NCBI GenBank assembly: GCA_040401695.1
Contig: JBBANY010000002.1
Span: 1 to 58,631 of the forward strand
Length of the DNA: 58,631 bases
DNA from: Ilumatobacteraceae bacterium
Lineage (GTDB): Bacteria; Actinomycetota; Acidimicrobiia; Acidimicrobiales; Ilumatobacteraceae
Reading direction: 5' to 3'
Shown: piece after piece, positions 26,805 through 34,688 of the stretch
Numbering within the stretch: the first letter of the stretch is position 1
Layout of the letters: each line of letters begins with the position of its first letter
Notes under the pieces: model-generated
Databases searched by the model: none
What the model was told of the DNA's origin: nothing
Seen by the model: only the letters and a program-made list of their open reading frames with translations
Program-made: the position numbers and the translations under genes

Positions 26805-27736
26805 TGTTCAGACCTCTTGCGCAGAAGAAGATAAGCGCCCATGACGGCGATCATGATGATGATCATCCACGCCGCCATTGCGTAGCCAAGGTTGTCCTTG
26901 CCCGTAATGGTGTTTCCTTGCAGAAAAAACCGAATCTGGACGGGGATCAAACGTGCGCCACCTGATGACAAGGCATAGGCCGTTGCATATGCGCTGAAGG
27001 CATTGGCGAAGAGCAGCAGGAATCCGCCGAGGAGAGCGGGGGCAAGTATCGGAAGGCCAACGTGTCGCCAGTAGCGCGTGGTGCTCGCACCAAGATTTGC
27101 GGCTGCTTCACGCCACGTAGGTCGAAGACCTTCGAACGCTGGAAGTGTGACGAGAAACATCAACGGAATTTGGAAGTACAGGTAGACGATCGTGATTCCG
27201 GCGAAATTTGAAATCGTGAAACCCGCACCAATGAGGTCTATCCCAAACCAGCTGAGCGCCTTTGTTACGAGACCTTGCGTGCCAAGTGCCGCAAGAAATG
27301 CAAATGCGAGAGGAATGCCGCCGAGATTGGCAGCTACGCCCGCAAAGCTCGAAACGGCCTGTCGTACCCACGTTGGGCGCTCGACTCGCATGACTGCGGC
27401 GGTCAAGAAGGTTCCGCAAATCGCACCGAGCAACGCTGAGAGAAAACTCAGCTTGATGGTGTAGAGAAATGAGTTGAGGTATGAGCCTGTGACGGCTTCT
27501 CGCATCGCGGAAATGTTCGTGTTCCGCGTCGGGCGAACCGCGAGTCTGAACAACGAAACTGCCGGCCAGATGAGAAAGAGCCCGACGAACGCTGCAAACG
27601 GGACGAGTCCTACGATGCCCGACAAAGCGGAACGGGGAGTCCGCCGAAGCGGACTCCCCGACCGAGGAATACCTGAAAGGGGGACAACAGGCATCTTCGA
27701 TTTCGCCCAGTCGATCAGCCGACGAGCGTCGGCCAC
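26792..27736 (-). CDS. ABC transporter permease (second membrane component)
   Basis: Hydrophobic, with an EAA-like loop (WREAAANLGASTTRYWRHVGLPIL). The start is uncertain: 27736 overlaps the binding-protein gene by 22 nt, and ATG at 27694 is an alternative. Confidence 0.8.
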   Translation of the reverse strand: MADARRLIDWAKSKMPVVPLSGIPRSGSPLRRTPRSALSGIVGLVPFAAFVGLFLIWPAVSLFRLAVRPTRNTNISAMREAVTGSYLNSFLYTIKLSFLSALLGAICGTFLTAAVMRVERPTWVRQAVSSFAGVAANLGGIPLAFAFLAALGTQGLVTKALSWFGIDLIGAGFTISNFAGITIVYLYFQIPLMFLVTLPAFEGLRPTWREAAANLGASTTRYWRHVGLPILAPALLGGFLLLFANAFSAYATAYALSSGGARLIPVQIRFFLQGNTITGKDNLGYAMAAWMIIIMIAVMGAYLLLRKRSEQWQR

Positions 27737-28938
27737 TGCTCGGCCAGTACTTCCTTGGCTTTGGCGATCTGATCCTGTGAGGGGAAAGCAACCTTGGCAA
27801 CGAGATCGTCGGCAGGCATGTTCTTCTTCATCGCGTCGGTGACCTTCCCGGTGGCGACGAGTGCTGCGTAACGAGCCGGCACGGCGCCACCCTCGATGTA
27901 GCCGAGCGCACCTTCGTCAGAGACGATGTGATCAATCCACAGTTTCGCTGCGTTCGGGTGCGGGCTGTCCTTGACAACGCCCTGGGCGTAGTAGCCGCCG
28001 TAGACGCCGTCACTTGGAACGTTGATTTCCCAAGTGATGCCGTTCTCGGTAAGGGTCGGCGCGAGACCCGGATAGTTGTAGGTCCAGTCGAGCCAAATCG
28101 GCGTTTCACCTGAGATCACGGTGGCCTCGGTGACATCGGTACCCGCGAGGTTTCCGCTCTGCTTCAACTCGGCGAAGTATTCGATACCGGGAAGGATGTC
28201 GTCGAATGAGCCACCGTTGGCGATCGACGCCGCCATCACTGCAGCGAACGCGGCGCCGGCTTCACGCGGGTCACCATTCAACGAAATTTTGCCCTTGTAC
28301 TTGGGGTCCTTGAGGTCGGCGAAGGACCTCGGTGCACCGTCAGCGACGACCGTCGTGTTGGTTCCAATCGCCATGATGCCGTAGTACGCCGCGACCCACT
28401 TACCGTCCGGGTCCTTCATGTTCGTCGGGATTTCGTCCCAGCTGCAGGGCTTGTATGGCTCCCATAGACCCTTGGTATCGACTTCCTGGGCGATAGCTGG
28501 CGAGACGTCGAGCGCGTCCGGCATGTCGGGCTGGCCCTTCAGCGTTTCGACGGCGGTTAGTTCGTCGGCCGAAGAAGCGTCCGGGTTGGCAACCGGATTC
28601 TTGATCTCCGGGTACTTGTCGCGGTAGGCCGCCAAGATGCCTTTGTAGTTGGCCCAGTTGTCGGGAAGTGCGATCAGGTTGACCTGACCTTCGGACTTTC
28701 CGGCATCGATGATCTCCTGATCAGGGGTACAGGCGTCGGTCGTTGAGGCGTCCTCCGCCATTGTGGTTTCGGTCTCTTCGGCGATCGTCGACGCTGTGTC
28801 GGCAATTGTCGCGGTGTCAACGGTGGTTTCTTCGACATCGGATGAGTCGTCGCCACCGCATGCTACGAAGAGCGATGCGGCGATCAACAACGAACCGACA
28901 AGTCGAAAACGTTTTGGGGTGTGGATTTTTGTTCTCAT
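27715..28938 (-). CDS. ABC transporter substrate-binding lipoprotein (family-1 solute-binding, Fe3+/polyamine/2-aminoethylphosphonate type)
   Basis: ATG at 28938 gives MRTKIHTPKRFRLVGSLLIAASLFVACGGDD... (lipobox). An acidic Thr/Glu-rich tether follows, then the binding fold. The track ORF extends 37 codons upstream without support. Confidence 0.8.
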   Translation of the reverse strand: MRTKIHTPKRFRLVGSLLIAASLFVACGGDDSSDVEETTVDTATIADTASTIAEETETTMAEDASTTDACTPDQEIIDAGKSEGQVNLIALPDNWANYKGILAAYRDKYPEIKNPVANPDASSADELTAVETLKGQPDMPDALDVSPAIAQEVDTKGLWEPYKPCSWDEIPTNMKDPDGKWVAAYYGIMAIGTNTTVVADGAPRSFADLKDPKYKGKISLNGDPREAGAAFAAVMAASIANGGSFDDILPGIEYFAELKQSGNLAGTDVTEATVISGETPIWLDWTYNYPGLAPTLTENGITWEINVPSDGVYGGYYAQGVVKDSPHPNAAKLWIDHIVSDEGALGYIEGGAVPARYAALVATGKVTDAMKKNMPADDLVAKVAFPSQDQIAKAKEVLAEQWPTLVG

Positions 28939-28995
28939 GGAATTCCGAAAATAGGAAAGCGAAGTGAACCACTGGGAGCCGACAAGTGAATCTGG

Positions 28996-29011
28996 TTCGA
29001 CTGGAGTCGAA
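28996..29011. promoter_or_regulatory. palindrome TTCGACT-GG-AGTCGAA upstream of the phosphonate operon (candidate operator)
   Basis: Perfect 7-bp inverted repeat, 58-73 nt upstream of the binding-protein start codon. Confidence 0.3.
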
Positions 29012-29165
29012 ATGTTGGGTGCGAATTTGGTGCTCCTGCTTGAAGCCAAAACAGTTCGCCCTCCGGAAGGGTGTTCGTTACGGTGCGTTCACCTTGAATC
29101 ACGGCGCTCTCGCGAATTGTGGGACATCATCAAAGTGTGCAGCACAGTCGTAGAACGGTCGGTTG

Positions 29166-30533
29166 ATGGAACTCACACGTCACGGTGATCACCTCCACGT
29201 ATCGCGACGATCTTTGTTGAAGTTCGCTGACTTTCGTCGGGTGGTCACTGCACAGTTCGTTTCACAAACGGCGGATGCGTTGATGCTGGTGGTTCTCGCA
29301 CGAGCACTCCTGTTCGCCGATTCCGAGGGGCCGACACCGGTTCTCCTCGCACAGGCCGCCATGACCGGCGCCGCGCCGCTCGTTCTTGCGGGGCCGATCG
29401 GTGGATTTGTCGCAGACCGCTGGCCCAGAAGACAGATTCTAGTGTCAGGTCAAGCCCTTCGGGCATGTCTCGCAATCTGTGCGGCGGTGGCAGTTGCGTT
29501 CAGCTCAAAGCCGGCAACGTTTGTCGTCTTCGTCTGTGCGCTTTGCGCGACGCGGATTCTCTTCACTGCGCGCATCGCCTCGGTCCGTCACTTGGTTCGC
29601 CAGCACGAACTCGTCGCGGCTGATTCCTTGATGCTAATCGTCGGCGTCGTCGCGGGGGCGTTAGGCGCGGGGTTGTTCGGCGCATCTCTGGTATTCGGCT
29701 CCGTGGGACAACTCGTGATCGTATCGATCGGTCACTTTGCGGCGGCCTACGGTTTCGATCGAACGAGAGCTTGGTTGGGTGGCGAGGGTGAGACGAAGGC
29801 CATTAGGTGGCGTGCAGTAGCCGCTCAGCTCGCTTGTGGAAAAACTCGCTACGCGCTTGCATCAACAAGTACCCATCGACTGCTCGTCGGTCTCATCGTC
29901 GCAACCGTTGCACTCGACGTAGATGGACGAACGGACGGTTCGGCGTCGGGCTACGCGCTGACACTTGCGATCGCTGGTGTGGCGGCTTTCGCTGGGAGTG
30001 TCACATCTGAATGGGTCAACGAACGCATTCCACGTCGACCGCTGACGGTTGGGTGCTTCGCTAGTTCATTCTGTGCAGTGTCGCCGTTGGCATTTGTCCC
30101 CGGCCCTGCGCCGCGTCTTGTAGTAGTCGGAATTCTTGTCTTTCTCTTCCAAAACTTACGGGTGGCATCGGATGCGACGATCCAGGCCAACGCGGCACCC
30201 GGGTCGTGCGGGCGTGTGTTTGCTGCCTACGACATCGCCTTCAATCTGGCTTACGTTGTCGGCCTCGTTGGTGGTCTAGCGATCGCCTCAAACTTTTCGG
30301 TTGAGGCCGCTCTCGGTGTCGTCGGCCCGTTGTACCTCGTCGGCGCCGTCGCCTTCTCGCTCCTCGAACGCGAGGGATTTCGGCGCGCTCAGGTGCAGCT
30401 TGTGTCAGATTTTGCGCCGAGAAACGATGTTTTCTCGCACGACGCGCCATCCGACGAGCGTAAACGCGTTGAAGACGGTCGCAACAACGATGAATGCGCC
30501 GGCGGTTCCGCGATCCCACGCGAAGTGGCGTAA
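29166..30533 (+). CDS. MFS transporter
   Basis: About 12 predicted hydrophobic segments. ATG at 29166 (MELTRHG...) lies one codon inside the TTG of the track ORF. The hydrophilic C-terminal tail overlaps the convergent gene. Confidence 0.75.
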   Translation: MELTRHGDHLHVSRRSLLKFADFRRVVTAQFVSQTADALMLVVLARALLFADSEGPTPVLLAQAAMTGAAPLVLAGPIGGFVADRWPRRQILVSGQALRACLAICAAVAVAFSSKPATFVVFVCALCATRILFTARIASVRHLVRQHELVAADSLMLIVGVVAGALGAGLFGASLVFGSVGQLVIVSIGHFAAAYGFDRTRAWLGGEGETKAIRWRAVAAQLACGKTRYALASTSTHRLLVGLIVATVALDVDGRTDGSASGYALTLAIAGVAAFAGSVTSEWVNERIPRRPLTVGCFASSFCAVSPLAFVPGPAPRLVVVGILVFLFQNLRVASDATIQANAAPGSCGRVFAAYDIAFNLAYVVGLVGGLAIASNFSVEAALGVVGPLYLVGAVAFSLLEREGFRRAQVQLVSDFAPRNDVFSHDAPSDERKRVEDGRNNDECAGGSAIPREVA

Positions 30534-30767
30534 CGGCATTCCAACTGCGACCGTCGAAACCCAGATGGCAACTCCCGTCGACACTGCGACCGGCGTCTTC
30601 CATGCACGCAAACCGATCCAACCGACAATGAGGCCGATCAGAAATGGCGCGACGGTCGAAGCGACACCGGCCGCGTTTTCGTCGGTGTCGTGATTGCGCG
30701 TTCCGATGAACACGAACAGGACGACAAACGCGACATCGACGGTGAAGGGGAGAACTCGGTTCTTCAT
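30405..30767 (-). CDS. small integral membrane protein (DUF3054-like)
   Basis: 120 aa with four hydrophobic helices (FTVDVAFVVLFVFIGTRNH ... APFLIGLIVGWIGL ...). Family assignment by eye only. Confidence 0.65.
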   Translation of the reverse strand: MKNRVLPFTVDVAFVVLFVFIGTRNHDTDENAAGVASTVAPFLIGLIVGWIGLRAWKTPVAVSTGVAIWVSTVAVGMPLRHFAWDRGTAGAFIVVATVFNAFTLVGWRVVRENIVSRRKI

Positions 30768-30774
30768 CTGTCAT

Positions 30775-30824
30775 TTCCCGGTGTGTAGAGGTTCAAAAAG
30801 CGGGTAGTTACACACCGAGAACCC
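30775..30824. repeat. palindromic intergenic repeat, copy D
   Basis: Read on the minus strand it starts 2 nt after the ino1 stop: GGGTTCTCGGTGTGTAACTACCCGCTTTTTGAACCTCTACACACCGGGAA. This is collinear with copy A. Confidence 0.55.
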
Positions 30825-30826
30825 TC

Positions 30827-32158
30827 TCAGTTTTCGTAGTACTCGCGGCCGAGGTGGGTGATCTGGTCTTCGCCCATCATCCAGCGCAGCGTGTTCTTCA
30901 ACTTCGTCAGCTGAATGAACAAGTCGTGTTCCGGATAGAGACCCGGAGCAACCTGCGGGCTCTTGTAATAGAAGCTCAGCCACTCTTGGATGCCGCCGAG
31001 TCCGGCGCGCTGCGCAAGGTCTGAGTACAGCACCAAGTCGAGTGCGAGCGGCGCGGCGAGAATCGAGTCGCGGCAGAGGAAGTTGACCTTGATCTGCATC
31101 GGGTAGCCCATCCATCCGAAGATGTCGATGTTGTCCCAACCCTCTTTGTTGTCACCGCGCGGCGGGTAGTAGTTGATCTGAACCTTGTGGAAGACATCGC
31201 CGTAGAGATCGGGATTCTTCGTTGGCTCGAGGATGTCCTCGAGCACTCCGAGCTTCGACTCTTCCTTGGTCTTGAAGTTCTCGGGCGCGTCGAGAACCTC
31301 GCCATCGCGGTTGCCGAGAATGTTCGTGCTGTACCAACCCGAAAGACCGAGCTGACGTGCCTTCACCATCGGCGCGAGAACGGTCTTCATCAGCGTTTGG
31401 CCGGTCTTGAAGTCCTTGCCCGAAATCGGGATGTTGCGCTCGGTGGCGAACTGGCGCAGGCACGGCATGTCGACCGCGAGGTTCGGCGAACCGTTTGCGA
31501 ACGGAACGCCCTCGAGCAACGCGGCGTACGCATAGAGCATGGACGGAGCGATGCGTTCGTCGTTTGCGTCGATGGCCTTTTCGAACGCCTCGATGGTGGC
31601 ATGCACCTCGCACGGCTCGATGTAGACCTCGGTGCTGGCGCACCAGATCATGACGAGGCGACTGACGCCCTTTTGGTCGCGGAAGCGGTTGATGTCCTCG
31701 CGGATGGCGTTCAACATGGCGCGCTTACCGATGTCACCCATTGTGTGCTCGCCTGTCAGGTTGCGGGCGTACTTGCGCTCGAATGCAGCCTTCATCGGAC
31801 GGATGTCGCGCAGAACCTCGGAGATGGCCTCGATATGCTTGCCCTGTTCCAACACGCCGGCGCGCGAGGCGGCAACGTAGGCGTCGTCGGGGAACACGTC
31901 CCATGCGCCCCACACGACGTCCTCGAGCTTGGCGAGCGGCACGAAGTCCTTGATGAGGGGCGAACGGCCGTCGGTGCGCTTGCCGAGACGGATCGTGCCC
32001 ATCTGGGTCATCGAACCGATGGGTAGTCCCTGGCCGCGCTTGGCCAGTTCGACGCCGGCGATGAGCGTGGTGGTGACGGCGCCGAGGCCGATGACGAGAA
32101 CGCCGAGCTTGCCGTCTGCGGGGGCGATGGCTGCGGGCGATGGGGTGGTGGTCGACAT
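30827..32158 (-). CDS. ino1: myo-inositol-1-phosphate (inositol-3-phosphate) synthase
   Basis: 443 aa. N-terminal GVLVIGLGAVTTTLIAG NAD-binding region and overall similarity to bacterial/archaeal MIPS (…SGWYSTNILGNRDGEVL…). Confidence 0.9.
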   Translation of the reverse strand: MSTTTPSPAAIAPADGKLGVLVIGLGAVTTTLIAGVELAKRGQGLPIGSMTQMGTIRLGKRTDGRSPLIKDFVPLAKLEDVVWGAWDVFPDDAYVAASRAGVLEQGKHIEAISEVLRDIRPMKAAFERKYARNLTGEHTMGDIGKRAMLNAIREDINRFRDQKGVSRLVMIWCASTEVYIEPCEVHATIEAFEKAIDANDERIAPSMLYAYAALLEGVPFANGSPNLAVDMPCLRQFATERNIPISGKDFKTGQTLMKTVLAPMVKARQLGLSGWYSTNILGNRDGEVLDAPENFKTKEESKLGVLEDILEPTKNPDLYGDVFHKVQINYYPPRGDNKEGWDNIDIFGWMGYPMQIKVNFLCRDSILAAPLALDLVLYSDLAQRAGLGGIQEWLSFYYKSPQVAPGLYPEHDLFIQLTKLKNTLRWMMGEDQITHLGREYYEN

Positions 32159-32241
32159 GTGACAGGCCTCCTGGGGCTCAGGGTAGACAGGCTAGGGGAA
32201 TGGCTCGGGGCCGCATGGTTCCCGCCCGTATCGTGTCCCGC

Positions 32242-33108
32242 ATGCCCGCCGCCGCCGATCCCCTGATTCTCGACGGCATTGCCCTGCGCGACCTGATGGT
32301 GAAACAAATCGCAGCGCGCATGGCTGCCGCGGGCCACCCGGATGTCTGCCTGGCCACCGTCCTCGTCGGAGACGACGGCCCGAGCCACACCTACGTCCGC
32401 AACAAGCACAAGTTCGCTGCCGCAGCAGGCCTGCAGAGTAAGAACGAAGTTCTCCCCGCGACCGCTTCCCAGACGCAGGTCGAAGATCTTGTTGGTCGGT
32501 TGGCCGCTGACCCGGCTGTGCACGGCATCCTCGTTCAACAGCCGCTGCCCGCGCATCTCGACAACGACGCGGTGCTGCGTCTCCTCCCTGCAGAGAAAGA
32601 TGTCGATGGTTTGACCACGGGCTCACTCGGACGCCTGGTGCGTGGTGAACCCGGCCTCGTGCCGTGCACGCCACTCGGCGTGTTGCGCCTGCTCGAGCAC
32701 TACAAGATTCCCACCGCCGGCCGTCACGCGGTGATCGTCGGTCGTTCGACTCTCGTCGGCACTCCGCTCGCACTTCTGTTGTCGCGCAAGGGAGTCGACG
32801 CAACCGCGACGATCGCGCACAGTCGCACGTCGAACCTTGCCGAACTGTGCAGGTCGGCCGACATCGTCGTTGGCGCGAGTGGTCAGGCACGCATGATCGG
32901 CGCCGAACACTGCAAGCCGGGTGTGACGCTCATCGACGTCGGCATCTCGCGCACCGAATCAGGCATTGTGGGCGACATCGACTTTGACGCGGTGAAGGGC
33001 ATCGCCGGAGCAATCACGCCCATGCCGGGTGGAACCGGGCCGATGACGATCGCATGTCTGCTCGAGAACACCCTCACCGCCGCCACGCTGCAAGGCGTTC
33101 AGCTCTGA
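32242..33108 (+). CDS. folD: bifunctional methylenetetrahydrofolate dehydrogenase / methenyltetrahydrofolate cyclohydrolase
   Basis: ATG at 32242 (MPAAADPLILDGIALRD...). Motifs VLVGDDGPSHTYVRNKHK, GILVQQPLP, VIVGRSTLVGTPLALLL and PGGTGPMTIACLLENT. Confidence 0.9.
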   Translation: MPAAADPLILDGIALRDLMVKQIAARMAAAGHPDVCLATVLVGDDGPSHTYVRNKHKFAAAAGLQSKNEVLPATASQTQVEDLVGRLAADPAVHGILVQQPLPAHLDNDAVLRLLPAEKDVDGLTTGSLGRLVRGEPGLVPCTPLGVLRLLEHYKIPTAGRHAVIVGRSTLVGTPLALLLSRKGVDATATIAHSRTSNLAELCRSADIVVGASGQARMIGAEHCKPGVTLIDVGISRTESGIVGDIDFDAVKGIAGAITPMPGGTGPMTIACLLENTLTAATLQGVQL

Positions 33109-34002
33109 TCAGTCGAGACTTCCGACCAGTTTCTTCAGGGCTTGTTGAGATTCATCGTCGGCGTATGCACGCAATTTTGCCAACGACTTACGGCGAGCAT
33201 GACGCCTCACCTCATCGATGGGGTTGAGAACGATTCCGATGGAGATAACTGTGTCGGGGACGTCGCTGTGTGCAAGACGTCGACCCACCGACCACAACTC
33301 GTTCGAGAACATCACAGCATCTTGGTGCCGGCCGATAACTGATTGTAGTTCAGCAACTGTCTCTACGAATTTTTCCAATTGTCGTGAGTGGAAGTGATCG
33401 CGAGTCATCTCGAGTGAATAGCGCAGCTTCTTCAGGTCCTTGCGCGCTTGATGCAGTACTTCGTCGGGCGCCAAGTCGGACAGTGAGTTCGATACTGCGA
33501 GCACGCGCTTGTTGATCCGTCGAATCGCTTTGCGAACCACATCGTCGGCCTTCGCTGACGTACCGGGCAGCGACGCGAGAGCCCGGAGTGCATCCGCAAA
33601 AGTCTCGGACTCCTCACCCTGTAGGAACTCTCGGATGATTTTGTACTCAGCCAGTCGGTTCTCGTTCACACGCGAGAGAACCGGTCCGAGGTTGACCACG
33701 ACCTCGGGATCCAGACCGAACGTGATGTCCCTCCAGTGCTCGATGAATACGTCGAGGTTGCGAGCGCGTCCCGTGAGATACGACAGGCGCGCCCCGGCGT
33801 GGCGGGCTTCGTTCAATTGTTCGGTTGCGTACGAGTCCCTCGTCAAGACCAGCAGCGATCGAGCAGACCGCACCGCGACACGCAGTTCGTGCAACTTCTC
33901 GGGGCTCGGTTCCGAAACGAATGACCGGCGACGACCCTCGACCAAATCTCCCAAATGAGCGCACAAGCCGCGCAGTTCCTCAATTGTCAGTGGATTCACC
34001 AC
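33109..34002 (-). CDS. CHAD-domain protein
   Basis: Helical 297-aa protein with CHAD-type repeats of conserved His/Arg (LHELRVAVRSARSLL, LHQARKDLKKLRYSLE). It is visibly AT-richer than its neighbours. Its stop abuts the folD stop. Confidence 0.75.
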   Translation of the reverse strand: MVNPLTIEELRGLCAHLGDLVEGRRRSFVSEPSPEKLHELRVAVRSARSLLVLTRDSYATEQLNEARHAGARLSYLTGRARNLDVFIEHWRDITFGLDPEVVVNLGPVLSRVNENRLAEYKIIREFLQGEESETFADALRALASLPGTSAKADDVVRKAIRRINKRVLAVSNSLSDLAPDEVLHQARKDLKKLRYSLEMTRDHFHSRQLEKFVETVAELQSVIGRHQDAVMFSNELWSVGRRLAHSDVPDTVISIGIVLNPIDEVRRHARRKSLAKLRAYADDESQQALKKLVGSLD

Positions 34003-34076
34003 GATCCAACCCTAAGCGCCGGAAGTAAACGGGCGTTGAACACTTGGCATGCGAGAAATGTACGTGTTGCGCCGCC

Positions 34077-34688
34077 TCAGGTGGCAACGAGCGAGATCAC
34101 TAAGCCAGCGAGGTGACCGCGTGCCGCCGCACGCGTCAATCCGTGCTGAGAGGTGAATTGGTCCCACGACTCGAACGACAGGCACACGTCGATTTGTGCG
34201 AGCAGTCGTTCATCGCCGGACACTTCGCGCGGGAACGTCGCGGCGACTTGTTCACGCATCGCTCTGTGCAGGCGGTTCAGGTTGTTTCGGACGAGTGGTG
34301 AGGTTCGTGCCGTGCGATGTACGTTCACGGCTCGGCGGACCGGAGCGATGATCGAATACATCTCGTCACGTGCGGCCACGAGTCGGTCGACACGTTCCGC
34401 AATCGGGATGAGAGGGTCGAGCGGTGCAAGATGAGGATTGATCGCATGTTCTTGTCGTGCGGCCACCTCGGCATAAACCGTTTCGAGGTCCTCGAAATGC
34501 TGGAACACCGACCGTGTCGACACGCCCGCACGCTCGGCGATCGCGCGCGCACCGGTGTCTCCGTGACCTTCGCGCAGGAGGTCGTACAACGCGTCGATGA
34601 TGGCTTCGCGAGTGCGCGCACCGCGCGCGGTACGACCGTCGATTCGTTCGATTTGTTCGTCGACCGACATCGAGTTGTCAGGCGCCAC
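34077..34688 (-). CDS. TetR-family transcriptional regulator
   Basis: HTH region TREAIIDALYDLLREGHGDTGARAIAERAGVSTRSVFQHFEDLETVY. It overlaps the upstream hydrolase gene by 11 nt. Confidence 0.85.
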   Translation of the reverse strand: MAPDNSMSVDEQIERIDGRTARGARTREAIIDALYDLLREGHGDTGARAIAERAGVSTRSVFQHFEDLETVYAEVAARQEHAINPHLAPLDPLIPIAERVDRLVAARDEMYSIIAPVRRAVNVHRTARTSPLVRNNLNRLHRAMREQVAATFPREVSGDERLLAQIDVCLSFESWDQFTSQHGLTRAAARGHLAGLVISLVAT

